Shown here piece after piece: positions 31,801 through 46,217 of a stretch of 64,000 nucleotides of DNA. The stretch lies in the NCBI RefSeq assembly GCF_009914755.1, contig NC_060945.1; one strand, given 5' to 3'. The notes under the pieces are model-generated. The model was not told where the DNA came from and did no database searches. It was given only the letters and a program-made list of their open reading frames with translations. The first letter of the stretch is position 1; every line of letters begins with the position of its first letter. Both the position numbers and the translations under genes were made by a program. The DNA comes from the human T2T-CHM13v2.0 reference genome, Homo sapiens.

Positions 31801-34800
31801 CTTTCTTAGGCACTTTGGTCTATTTCTGAATTTTTAGTTTCAGTGACATATGAGTTTTTAATCAATCAAGATTTTTCACAGAGCTTGCCAGTCTTGTTTT
31901 TTGCTTTTTTTTCAGAGTTTTCTTGTCTATTCTTATGTGTGTTTTCATCTATATAATATTTTATAGTAACGTGTACTTCCAATATTTAATGGTATCTGTA
32001 TAGGAACAAAATTGAATTTATAAATAAACTTAAGGACAATTGATGTTGATAATATTGAGATTTGCTGCCTAAGAATATGATACAAATTGTCTATTTGCTT
32101 ATGTCTACATTCATATATTTCATAAACTTTCTATGTTTTTCTCATATTCTGTACACATTTTTGTAATGTTTATTCCTAGTTTATTTTATTCTGCTAAAAA
32201 GTAATTTGAGACACAATGAAATTGCAAAGTGTCTATTTGAGTAAGAGCAATTGATAAATTATAAAATATCAGACCAAAAGATATTTAGTGCTTCTCTGAC
32301 AGAGTAAGAAGCAAGTATTTATTGAAAAAATGTAGAAACAAAAAAATCATTTGATTGGTGGTAACACAACTTTTTTATTGTTTTTTGTTCGTCTGTTTAT
32401 CTTGTTGGACAGTTTCTATTTATATAAGGATGTTGGCTACTCCTGATTGGTTGAGCTTCATTTCTCTTTTTTAAATAGGCAGCTACAAGAAATATTTAAG
32501 TTTTGCTTGTATTTGCAAATCAAGCAAGGTTGAGATCACTTATGAGACCTAACTAATTTCGTGTGCTCAGAGATTATTGAGACGTGATCTCCATTTTAAT
32601 TTATTTTAACAAATTTTCTGTACTTTTAATTCCCATCCAAACTGTAACTTATAAATTATTATTGTTGTACATATGTAGGCCCATGTTGTGTATGCTTTGA
32701 AGACATGTCCTGCTTTCAAACTCATTTGTATTATGTTATTATTGAATTTGCCCCATTTATTGGAATTATATACTGCAATCTCCCAACTACAAGAGGTATG
32801 AGTTCTGAGGAGATCACAGTAAAGATGAGTCAGAAGTGAAAACGGTTCTCCAACTCACACATGCAGTAAAAACAAATTTCACGTGGATATAATGAGTAAT
32901 TATTTAAAATTTAAAATACCCTAAAAACATTAACGTTTATCTCATTACTATGTAATATGGAAATTACAAGACAAAAAAACCCAAAGACTTATTTTTAAAA
33001 TAGAAATGGAGCTTTTTATATGATGAAATGGTCCATAATTTAAATGTAAAAAGTGAATAGGAAATATATGAAATAAAATAAAATTATTTGTAAAAGTGAC
33101 AATGCCCGTATTAGATTTAACAATATCTTACAATGAAATAAGTTGAAACCTACAAAATAGAAGAAAGTTTAAAATTAGGCAAATATTATGAGCCAGGTGA
33201 AGATTAAATACATATATCAATAAGCATTTAATGTATTTTGTCTTAGATTTTATATGAAATAATAAAAAGTAAGCAAACCAATAGCAAGGTAATTTCACCC
33301 TGATTGATTCAAACTGAAAAAATATTAACATTTCTCCATGAGAAGTTGGATTCATGGATTGGCCTCATGCTGCATTCAAGGCACTTTGGCCAGGACCCAA
33401 CACTCATTGCCAAGAGTCAACAGGCTAGAAGTTTGCTTTTAAGATGTTCCCCGGCCTGCAACCCAGACACTTTGTCTTGACTACTTCTTCAACTCTGACA
33501 TAGGTTTTGCTGATATAAATGCAAACCCAGCTCTATACCTACCAAGCATCTACATGGCTAGAGCTGCACATTGAATATTTAGGCATTAGGCAAGAGGTCT
33601 TCCCAGGTTTCCAAGCAGACTTTCTAGAATTTCCCAAAAATACTGACATTGTCTTTTTCAGACCCAATCTCCCAAAGAGAATCAGAGAGATGGTCTGGAA
33701 GCCATTTAGAATCTCCAGCCTCCAATTTAGTAACAATGGACTTGGATACAAAGAGGCAACCTACTGACCTCAAAGACACCAGCCCAGATTCTGGGCATTG
33801 AATTCCTGCCTCCCCATGAAAGATCTCATCTGAGTCACATCAAAGCCCACACTCTTCTTCAACGTTCACCTTCCAGACACGCTCCAAAACAGCCCCTCAG
33901 AATTGTCTTGAGATGAAACAAAAGGTGATGAAGCTCCAGGTTTGGAATGCCTGCCTCATTCCTCACTCCTGAAAAGTCTACACCTGCTGGTTAGAACTCT
34001 CATACATTAGGGAGCCCGGGTTCTCAGAGTGCATCCTCTAACAGGACCTCCTGGCCTTTTCCTCCTTGGAGGAGAGTGCCCAAGAATAAGAGGGAATACA
34101 TGGCCTCCACTCTCACTTGACTTGATTGACTGATGAACTGATGTCTGAGGAGGAAACATATGTAGGGAACAGCCTGGGTCTTTTGAATCCCTGTTCCCCA
34201 GCTATGATGCCTGTGCAAATGGAGGGAGAATCCCCAAGTATTGTTGGGAGGTAGACAGACACTGGCTAACACAATTAAGTAAATATAAGGTGACTTGCAG
34301 GGGAATTTATCATATGTCATATACAAAATTTTAGTTAGTGAACTTTATTTAAAAACAGTCACAATTTGTAAGGGGAGTAAAGTATAATTTTAATGGGGAG
34401 CTATGAAAATTATCTGCACTTGCTATGTAAATGATTGAGTTAGGGGTAACAATCTGAAGGTCATGAGCTTGATATCTGCTACTTAATTTCATAAGACATT
34501 TACTTGCAAATGGTTGTCATTTTTGCTCTCACCATATGAAAATTTTTTCTTGCTAAGAGCATTACTATGAAAGAAAAACTAGAAATTTTGCCAATTTCGG
34601 TTATTAAAACAATAAAACTGGTTTGTTTGTTATTCTTAACCAAATGCTCCTACAGATGGCACATAGTACCCATGCTTTGATTGTTTTTTTCCCACCTTAA
34701 GTCAATTGCCTTTCATTTTATTCATCAAACTGTTTTTACTGTAGATAGACATTGCAGTTGTCATGTGCCCTATGGATTTGTACTTTATTAGAAATATGAA

Positions 34801-34806
34801 TTCTCA

Positions 34807-34929
34807 GGCCGAGTATATTGGCTCACGTCTGTAATCCCAGCACTTTGCGAGGTGGAAGAGAGTGGATCACCTGAGGTCAGGAGTTCAAGACCAGCCTGAC
34901 CAACATGGTAAAACCCCATCTCTCTACTA
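34807..34929 (+). mobile_element. AluS left-arm fragment
   Basis: 'ggctcacgtctgtaatcccagcacttt...gatcacctgaggtcaggagttc'. Confidence 0.9.
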
Positions 34930-35794
34930 TTTACAGTTCGCATTGTACCTTGCAATGAATATACATTTTATCCAAAAAGCCTAAAAAATAATGAAATTGG
35001 GGGTGGGGGCATGGCTGGAAGTATAGATAAAACAAAAATGACACATGACTAGCAGCTGTTAAAGCTGGCTGACTGGTCTGTTATACTTTTTTTGTATTGT
35101 GTATACGTTTTTAGTGATCTGTAATAAAACACTTGTACAAAATGACAAAGTTTATCTACACTTAGCTCTTAAGGTCTTGGTTACCTTTGGGAAGGAGAAA
35201 GTGTCAGGGGCATGAACAAATCTGATTCTTAGATACACAAGTGTATTTATTTAGTAATAATTCATCAAACATTCCCTAAATGCTTTGTGCCTATATTGCT
35301 GTATGCATGTTATATATCAATAAAAATGTAAAGAATGCATATTTGCATAACAATCCTAAATTAATATTTTAGAAAAATAGCAATGTTTTGTTTTGTTTTC
35401 AAGTGGGGCGTGTTCACTCAGGACATCATCAGGTGTATGTTAATGTTCCAAGTTATTTATTTATGTTTTAACTTTTGGGTGAGCCCCCCTGGGTCTTTTA
35501 ATTTTTACTTCAACACAGTAAGTAGCATGGTTTTAACTTTTTGGAATGCAGCTTTGTTTTCATCAAGGTTCTCCCCGAAGAATGATGCTCACCCACGCCA
35601 GGGCACACAGTGACCCGTGCACAGGATGCACTGAGCACACACGGCACTGGGTGAACCAGGAACAGAAGGAGAAGCCAGCCTGGGTCTGCAAAATATACTT
35701 TGCAGGAAAAGCAGGTAAAATGGAAAGGTCACAATTCAGCAGCAAACGTTTTCACATTCATTGGAGAAATCATTTCTAACAAAAGCTGCTCGTT

Positions 35795-35978
35795 AAAGCC
35801 ATGGTTTTCTGGCTTGCCTACACATTGTAATCACCTGCACGACTTTCAACCGTATTTTTTTCAGATCCAGCTCCAAGGATTCTGATTTAGTTGTGCGGTT
35901 ACAACTTGGGTTTAAGGGATTTTGAAAGTTTTCCTCCCCGCAGGTGATTCTCTTGCGCCAGGGGTAAGAAGAGCTGGA
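35795..35978. mobile_element. MER5A-type hAT DNA transposon
   Basis: 'cacattgtaatcacctg...gattctgattta...caggtgattct' with degenerate terminal inverted repeats. Confidence 0.7.
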
Positions 35979-36162
35979 TAGGGGTGAGGGATGCTTTAGC
36001 TGTGAGAGATAGCCATGTACGCTTCAGGATTTGCCCCATCGCATATCTGGAGTTCGGGGTCTTAGAAAGCTTTCTTGCCCTGTTAAAAATTAAAGGATGG
36101 CTTCAATACATACTTAGCTGCTTGGCTACATTGCAGAAAAACAAATTGCCTTTCCAGAGATC

Positions 36163-36468
36163 AGTTTTTTGAGACAGGGTTTTGCTCTGTCAGCCAGGCT
36201 GGAGTGCAGTTGTGTGATCATGGTTCATTGCAGCCTTGACCTCCCAGGCTCAGGTGATCCTCCAGCTCCAGCCTTCTGAGTAGTTGGGACTGAAGTCATG
36301 CACCACCAGGCCTGGCTAATTTTTCAAATTTTTTTTTTTTTTTTTTTTTTGTAGAGATGGCTTTCTCTATGCTGCCTGGGCTGGTCTCAAACTCCTGGTC
36401 TCAAGTGATCCTCCCACCTCAGTCTCCCTAATAGTTCGACCTACAGGTACAGGGAAGCATGCCCGGTG
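36163..36468 (-). mobile_element. AluJ
   Basis: 'gatcatggttcattgcagccttgacctcccaggctcaggtgatcctcc' AluJ diagnostics. Confidence 0.9.
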
Positions 36469-38699
36469 TATTTATTAAAATGTAGTTACCAGAATATTTA
36501 AAATTCACTTGTGCCTCTCATATTATTTCTTAGAGAATTGCCTCCCTTTTGAAATCTCAGGCTGCCTGCTCTAAAACCTGGATGTGCCAGGAAAGTAAAA
36601 CATCTGAAATTTTAAAACAATTGTCATTATATTGATTCCATATATGAATAACACATATATATTATTCATTAATACAAATAATCTTACATACAAATGTAAA
36701 TGCAAATATTTTACAGGCAGGGCCAGTTTCTAGTTCACAGAGGAAGCCCTGCCAGAAAAGGATCCAGAAAAAACCTATAATTCTTGCTTTATTCAACCCA
36801 GTGTCAAATCACATATGTCACTCATGGTCTGAGGCGGCAGGGTAGGGAATTGAACTACATCCAATCATGGGTCTTGGAGTGGAAACTATCTAATCAGGTG
36901 CACAGCTGGAGAAGAATGGGCAGCTTTTTGGAAGTACGGAGGCCTTGGCCTGTCTCTCCACTCAGAGCTCAGGACACTAGAGCCACCTCAACATAATCAC
37001 CTGTTTTTTAGTTATTTTAACACTCCAAAAGGGAACTAGTTTTCTCATGCATTTTCCAAATGTGTGGCAGGCAGAGACTCAAATCTAACTCCCTGTTGCC
37101 CCAGCCTAACTCTGGCTTGCAATCAGATTTTAAATTTCCAGTTCTTTCCTGACACTCACCAACACTAACTAACCTTCCATAATTCACAACATTATCAACT
37201 GTTCTTTATTGTACATTTCAGACACAGTATTTCAATTCTTCTTTTTGTCAAAAAGCAGTGGATGTCATTTAAAAAAATTTTTTCTCATTTGTAAACATTT
37301 TACAGGAGATGAAAGCAGAGAATAATCCCCTGACACCCCACTGTAAAAAAAATAAATAAAAAGCGGAAAACCTTTGTGCCCCTTTGTTTAAACTTCTCTT
37401 GGCACAGACACCCCATCAGAAAGCCTTTGGGTTCAGGTTTCATTTTGGAAACTTCACAGGGCAATACATCCTCAGCCATCCTGTTATTTTCTTGGTTTTG
37501 AATTTCAAAACTGTTTGAGGATTCCCCAAGATGCCAACAGTGGCCATGACTCTTGAAGTGTCTAGTAAATAGCATCCCTTGTGTCATCTCCTCTCAGGGA
37601 ACAGCCCAAAGTATGGGAATGCAGCCTCTCTGTGGAGTGGTTGTTTGAGCTGTGCCTGGAAGGAATCTCTAGGTATACCCTTGCGCTAAAAGCAAACCCA
37701 TTAGGTCATTAAGATTTTCTTACCCCAAAGCTTAGTTTCCATTCCTTAGAGACACATTGCAGGCCAGGCAAATGGATGCTGATATTGAGGAAAAAATGTT
37801 CTCAGATTGGTGAAGGGAGAGAAAATATTTCAAAGGACAAAGAAACCCAACCTAGTGAGGCAGTGCAAAAACCTGCAAAGTAAAATGCACCTCAGGGACA
37901 CAGAGGAGCACAGGGTAGCGGCTCCTGGTAGGATGGTCATGACCCACTTCACTGAACCAGATGTGAGTGGGGAAAATATCCCAAGTAATAGAATGGCTTG
38001 ACTTGACCCTTGGGTCTGATATGTCTGTGTTTCAATCGGCACTGTCACCTTCTAATTTTGTCACCTTGAAAATGTTTTTGTACTTACTTTAACTTCACTT
38101 TTTAATTAACTGTAAATTATGTTTTATCAGTAGAGCTTGAAAGGTATGAAAATATTTATAAAGCACATTAAGTTGGTGAATTTTGAATAAAATTAAGTAG
38201 TAATATATTTCACTTGTTAAAAATTGTTACTTGCCTATTTCTTTAGCAGAATGAGTGTTGTACATTTCCCAGGACTGTTTTTTATTTGTCTGAGAGGTGA
38301 TTTCAAGCAGAATCTCACGGCTTACTGTTGGGAATGTTACCAGGTGTATAGATAGGGATAGTCTCTCTTCCACTACGGTGGTAGGAAATGAATACATACC
38401 TACAAGCACGTGAGGTAGATTAATTGTTAAATTACATAAATTTATCACATCAGTTATTCTTTTTTCAAAACAGAGAACTTCTGATAGTGAATATCTCTGT
38501 TCCATATGCTGTCATCTGGGTGTTTGAGGGTAACGCTAAGTTTTAGGAGCTGGGACTTGGCACCGCCTGGAAGTGTTCACATATGATTGTTTACTAAATG
38601 ATTTGTTATGAACATAATTAAATTACATGTTTATTTTCTGAAAGGAATAGATACTTTGGCTTTTCTTGTTGAGTTATAAAATGTAAGCCCCTTATAACT

Positions 38700-39004
38700 T
38701 TCTTTTTTAATTTTAATTTTATTTTTTAGACTTAGTTTCACTCTTGTTGCCCAGTCTGGAGTGCAATGGCACGATATTGGCTCACTGTAACCTCCACCTC
38801 CCGGAAGCAATTCTCCTGCCTCGGCCTCCCAAGTAACTGGGATTACAGGAATACACGACCACCCCCGTTTAAGTTTGTATTTTTAGTAGAGACTGTGTTT
38901 CTTCATGTTAGTGAGGCTGGTCTCGAACTCCTGACCTCAGGTAATCTGCCCGCCTCAGCCTCCCAAAATGCAGGGATTACAGGCATGAGCCACCATGCCC
39001 GACC
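38700..39004 (-). mobile_element. AluS (Sp/Sq-like)
   Basis: 'ctcttgttgcccag..tggagtgcaatggc'. Confidence 0.9.
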
Positions 39005-39899
39005 ATAATTTCCTCTCTTTTAAACCTTAGATTTGAATGATTTTTGCTGGATTCTTCAAACATGAAGTATTTTTTAAATTGAAAACTAATTGAATGACTT
39101 TAACTGGTAAGTAGAAGTCTTAGACCATTGACTAAAAGCTAAGGCTAACGTTGACCCTGCAAAAGGGGGCCACTGAAGGCCCAGTTGATTATTCCTGGGT
39201 GTCTGCCCTGCAGACATCAAAGTCTGCTCACACCAACCATAGAAGGAGCCTTTGTCACTGTCAGAAGATACAGAGCTTTGGTAAGCTGGAAGTTCACAGG
39301 CAGATGCAGTTGGGGTTGACATAGAAGAAATGTTGGGATATTCTTTCTAGAATGGAGTTGTTATTGTCCTGAGACTGTTTATAGACTTTGTATAAGAAGT
39401 TACTTAAGAAGTGTTGTAACAAGGAAAAAGTACAAATGATTAGATCTTTGAGGATCTCAAACGTTAGGTGGAAAAGGGTTTTATTTCATAAGGAGGAGAA
39501 AACAAGTTTACAAAGAAGGTTGGAAGGGAAGCACAGGATGGAGGGTAGCAAAATCAGATCCCAGATAAGATAATGTTTCATCTTGAAGTCAGCCTGTTCT
39601 TAGGAGGGATATGTATAAATATGGGTTGTAGGTTCTCTGAGGCTGTGGGTGAGTCAAAGTTCAGGGGCTGAGGGAAGAAGGGGAACAAGCAAAGTTTTGT
39701 TAACAAGTACTCTGTTTTGACCACTGAAGACTAAATTACAGAATGGTTGTTCATTTTTAAAAATAGGAATTTGTAATCTGTGTCCGTCTTTGTGATAGGT
39801 TAAAAAAAAAAGGGGGGGAACATCCACAAAGTCATAATGGGAAGCACGTTTCTCTTCACTAAGCTGTTCTTTGAGAACACAAAGAATGGGGGAATTTCT

Positions 39900-40310
39900 T
39901 TAAATATAGCTATTTCCAGGATTACCTTCACCCACAACTGTTCCTTTTCCTAGACATCTCTTTCATTTGTCAGCTTCTGAGTTGTATTTTTATAATAAAG
40001 TGGTAAATATAATTAGACTTATTTGTTGAGTTTTTTTGAGTAATTCAATCAAATTATTTAACTTGAAAAGGGGTTTATGGGAGTCTCAGATTTATAGGCA
40101 GTAGCTCAGAAGTATAGATGGGCTTCTGGGACATGTGACTAACCTCTGCAGTGAGAGGGGTGATGTGGGACTGAGCCCTGAATTTGTGGGATCTGTGCGA
40201 ACTCTAAGTTGTGTCAGAATTAAATTTTGGGGCAAGAAATGGGTGTTGGAGAAGCAGTGGGTTTTCAGGGAACTTTACACATTTAGGATCAAAAGTGTTG
40301 TAAGGAGAAA
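39900..40310 (+). mobile_element. MER21-like LTR
   Basis: 'gtgggactgagccctgaatttgtgggatctg...gtgtcagaatt' motif. Confidence 0.6.
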
Positions 40311-41109
40311 CACAATGTGGGGGCCTTTGCTGGAGAGAGACTCCAGGTGTCTCGGGGAAGGTAGACTCTGCTCTGCACACAGGCTGCTACGCCATGCACT
40401 GCCCTGTGGTTCCAGGCATCCTCCCATGGTAAGAAGGACCGACGACTCTGAGGGAACAAGTTCTGAGAACAGATGCCTTCTACCCTCCTGCCAACCTGAG
40501 GCCACCACATGTTTTTCACCCACTGAACATATGATGTGGTCAAGCCCCTCCCAGCACAGGGCTTCGGCATAAAGATTGTGGCCCATGCTACCTATCCTCA
40601 TAGACTTTCCCACCAAAAAGCTACACACGTGCCTACAAGACCCCTGGCATATGTTCTACCTCAGACACCGAATCTGCAGGGGCAACATAGTTTTTTCACC
40701 ATCCCAGATTTCTGTGCCACCTGATCATAATCTCGTCTTCCTGCATGAACGTAGAAATAACTCATAGAAAAGTTTCACCTGGTTCAGTATCTGTAGCATG
40801 AACCAGTCCTTCCACCAACCCTGTACTGTCTCCCAATTGTGGGTTCTTAATAGCACCTTCCCCTCTTTTACCTTTTAGTTCACCTCAAACTCTTTCTTTT
40901 ATGTGCACACAGTGTGCCCAAGGCCACCCCTCAGTTGCCTGAATCCAGCACCTACCAAAATTCAGATGTCCAGTAGTTCAAGACCATGGGCCTAGATTAA
41001 GTTTTTGTAGAAGGCAATACAAATTAGAAATGAGAGACTCTATTCTCCCATTTGAAAATAAAAAAAGATTTTTTTCTTTTCCCTTTTCTTAAACAATGTA
41101 ATCTGGAAA

Positions 41110-41736
<627 letters not shown>

Positions 41737-41924
41737 GGAAAACTTTTATATGTACCTTTTTTTCTCTGCTTCTTTGAAATATAAGCAAATCATTTTAACA
41801 GCTAAATAAGCCTTTTGTCATTCTTCATGACAGAGAATTGTCTTTATCTAAGACCTGGAAACTATTGCTTTGTTTTTTAATTTGGCAAAGATTTATTTAT
41901 TTTTTATTTTCAGTCCTTTGAAGT

Positions 41925-42225
41925 AGGCACAGCGCAGTACAGTGGCTCATGTTTTTAATCCTAGTGCTTTGGGAGGCTGAGATGAGAGAATTGCTTGGGC
42001 CCAGGAGTTTGAGACCAGCCTGGGCAGCATAATGAGACACTTTCCTTATAACAAATTAAAATCAACTAGCAGGGCATGGTGACACAGGAGGCTGAGGTGA
42101 GAGAATCATTTGAGCTCAAGAGTTTGAGGCTGCAATGAGCCATGATCACACCACTCTACCACTGTACTCCAGCTTGGATGACAGAGGGAGACCCTGTCTC
42201 TAAATAAATAAGCAAATAAAAAAAT
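41925..42225 (+). mobile_element. AluJ with internal deletion
   Basis: 'gcttgggcccaggagtttgagacc' and 'gaggctgcaatgagccatgatcac'. Confidence 0.85.
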
Positions 42226-43201
42226 GTGTTTTTCCATACATAAAAATAAGTTAATAAACAGATAAATAAAATAGACATGGATTTGCTTAGAATAAAGCTA
42301 ATTATAAGATAACAGAAAAGTGAGCACCAAAGATGGGGTTCACCTTAGCAAGTGATTCCAGCCTATTAGGACACTCACAGAATTTTCCCTGCAGCATGAC
42401 CGACATGAAAGTAGAATGTCATCATGTCAGGCTGTACCAGCTTTGGAAGACTAAACACTGTGGGGAAGAACCTCCCTTATGGAATATTATCAACAGGTGA
42501 GAGCCCAGCTCCTGCCCTGATGGGCTACAGAGATGAATTCTTGAGATAACACATTGCAGAAACATGCATAGAGTAGTTTAACCTTTTTTGTGTGTAACCC
42601 TTTCTCCATTTTCCTGCGAAATCCTCCCTAGTAATAGTGTTAGCTTTTAAGTTTTGAGGGTCTGGTAGGACTGAAGCTGCATGCTGCAGGAGATACCTGG
42701 GGCAGGAAACTAATACAAACTGCAGCCACAGGCACAAATACTCATGGTCTAATGTAAAGTGAAAACAATAGAAAGGTCTTTACTGTTATTCACCCAAGTG
42801 AGTGAACAGAGACTTTCCATATAACCAACTTGCCACTGAGACTAATGAAGGCCAGATTCCACTGGATCAAGAATATGAGTTACTCATGGGAAGATCACAG
42901 GACACAGCCCAGAGAGTTTTCATATTGGAGTCTGGGTACTGGATCTGTCCCGGTCTTCTTGGGTTTCTGTCTGTAGAGACCGCTATGTGGCTGCTCTTAC
43001 CACAGCCCGGTGCTGGCTGTGGTTGCTGGTTTAGTGCACCTGCTCTTTTTCCAAAAAGAGGGAGGAGTTGGCCACATCAAGCAGCTCCTAATCAATCTGA
43101 ATGCAGCTCTGTAAAAAGTGCCTAGAAACCATGCAAAGAAAAGTCAGTGGTCTGCCTTGTTTTCACCGTATGTGACACCTCCACTAGAAATTCTGCTTTT
43201 C

Positions 43202-43313
43202 TCTGCACTGCAGCCTGGGTGACAGAGCGAGGCTTCCTCAAAAAACAAAAAGAAAAAGAAAAAGAGAGAAAGAAAGACATAAGGAAGTAAGGAAGAAGAA
43301 AGAAAGAAAGAAA

Positions 43314-43373
<60 letters not shown>

Positions 43374-43441
43374 AGAAAGAAAGAAAGAAAGAAAGAAGAA
43401 AGAAAAAGAAAGAAAGAAAATAAAAGAGAAAAGAAAAGAAA
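43202..43441 (+). mobile_element. Extremely 5'-truncated Alu (~38 nt) with ~200 bp (GAAA)n tail
   Basis: 'gcactgcagcctgggtgacagagcgag' plus tail. 16-bp TSD agaaattctgct(t/c)ttc at 43186-43201 and 43442-43457. Confidence 0.9.
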
Positions 43442-44579
43442 AGAAATTCTGCTCTTCAGATTAGGCACATAAGGAGAATCTGTATAAATCTCCAGCAAGG
43501 AAGGAAACCAGAGGACAAGTTAAAGTCTTGGAATTCACATCTGAGTACACAGACTCGGTCTCCAACCCTCTTCTTTTTATTCTGCCAGCTATGGCCTAGG
43601 TATGAACATGACAAGTACACAAGAGTTCCAACACCTGACAATCTGCTTCAATAAAAGAAGAGTGCCCTCCCTCTTGCTCCCCATACAACTCATGGTACTA
43701 AGAAATGGTGTGGGTCTTCCCAGATGAGTTGACAAGAGAGGCCTGGCTCTGGGGCCTGTCCTGGGCTGCCCTGTGTTATTTGTAGGTGCACCCGGCCAAT
43801 AGCCAGGGGCATCAATGATGAGGCCTGAGTTGACATCCGTGTTTTCAGATAAGGCTTTTGCACTGAGCCTTTGTAAGGTCAAAACTCAGAAATTTCAGGG
43901 CACAATGAAAGAACATCTCACTCTCTTGAGCATCTCTCACTAACAGCGGTGGATACAGAGCTGTCTCAAGAATGTGGGTTCCTGGTTTCTTAACTGATGT
44001 TGGGTTGTCACCAAGAAAGTGTGTTAAACTCTTCAAGGTTCCATCTACTGGGTCCCTTCTTTCTGTAAGACCTACCCAAAGGTCGCACTATGCTACTAAC
44101 TGCTCAGTCTCCTCTTCTATGTCAACTCTTCATTTGTACACAAATATGCAAACAAAACTTCCCCTTAATTCCCTGGAAAGAACTAAATGCAGCCTGGGTT
44201 CCAGGATATAAGAGACAGCTGGAACATAAACTTGTTTTTCTTACCATCTCTGGGACCTAATAAAAGTCACTGTGTATTTGAGGCTTCCCCAGCCTCCTAG
44301 CATGCACACTGGGGATGATGCTAACATCTACTTCCTAGGGATTGTATTAGATGTATATAAGATAAAACATAAAAATCATGATGTGGTGTTACCTGTAGAT
44401 AATGCACACACTTAGAGATGGAAGCATTAGGAGAATACGTAGGAGGTAGCATGGGCCACAACTCAAACAGTCCTGGGTCTGGCAGGGTGATCTTGGGAAT
44501 GTCACTTCTCCACTGGGCTTCATTTTCATTCTGCTCCAGTATGAAGTTGAAATTAAATGTAGATACTGTCCTCTGACAT

Positions 44580-44912
44580 TCATATAGTTTAGCTGTGTGT
44601 TCCACCCAAACTTCTCTGTGTATTATAACTGCCAGGTGTTAAGGGAGAAACCTGAGGGGAGATGATTGGATTATCGGGACGGGTTCTCCTCATGCTGTTC
44701 TTGTGATAGTGAGTTCTCATGAGATCTGATAGTTTCATAAGCATCTGGTATATCCCCTGCTCTCACTCACTTCACTTGTCAGCCACTGTAATTGGAAGGT
44801 TTCTGAGGTGCCCCTCCAATTATGTGGAACTGTGAGTCAATTAAACTTCTTTTCTTTATCAATTACCCAGTCTCAGGTACTTCCTCATTGCAGTATGAGA
44901 ATGATCTAATAC
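44580..44912 (+). mobile_element. MaLR LTR (MSTA/THE1-like)
   Basis: 'catgctgttcttgtgatagtgagttctcatgagatctgat...gaactgtgagtcaattaaac...ctaataca'. Confidence 0.85.
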
Positions 44913-45560
44913 AGCCATTCAACTTTCTAGTGCTTTCTCCTTATATTTAGAATCATATCCATGTGCCTTCTCACGTCTATGACAGGGGAAGTCTTCACAA
45001 AATCTCACAGTACTAGGTGGTTAGTGACTCAGTTTTTTATTGAATAAAATGGCCTACTGCCTGATGACAGTAGTATGGCCCTTGGGTTTTGACGAAAATA
45101 TCATGTTGTAGGTTGGCCAACAAGGAGATAGCAGTCCAGCTGAAATTTGTTTTTTTATACTGGCTTTAAGACAGTGATTAGAAAAGGCCTAAGAGGTGGG
45201 TTCTGTAAGGGATTGCTGGAAGGAAAGTAGGAATATGGAAAGTAATGAGACATATACAGTCATCTCTTCTTGCTTCCTCTCAGGTCACATGCAAATTCAG
45301 GGAGAGTTAGTATGAAACACACAATGGAAATTTGGGCTCTAACATATGCAATCTGATTCTTCATGGACTTCATTTGGCCATATCAGTTCCAACAATTTCA
45401 GCCAATGTTTAAAAATCTTATAAGCAGATAAAATTTTAGTGTTTCAACAAGCCATTTCCTATCTTTCATTCTGAAAATCCATTTTAAGTCATTTTTTTTA
45501 ACAGCATAGGGGTACAAATTCAGCTTCTGTCCAATGAAATACAGAAAAGGATATCACTTT

Positions 45561-46217
<657 letters not shown>

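Noticed and set aside
32200-32590. Possible old LTR fragment (also ~39270-39860 and ~46330-46660)
   Set aside because: LTR-like phrases are present but family and boundaries could not be supported by eye.
40135-40628. Overlapping 145, 117 and 93 aa ORFs
   Set aside because: They overlap a MER21-like LTR, have no recognisable domain, and are within chance expectation.
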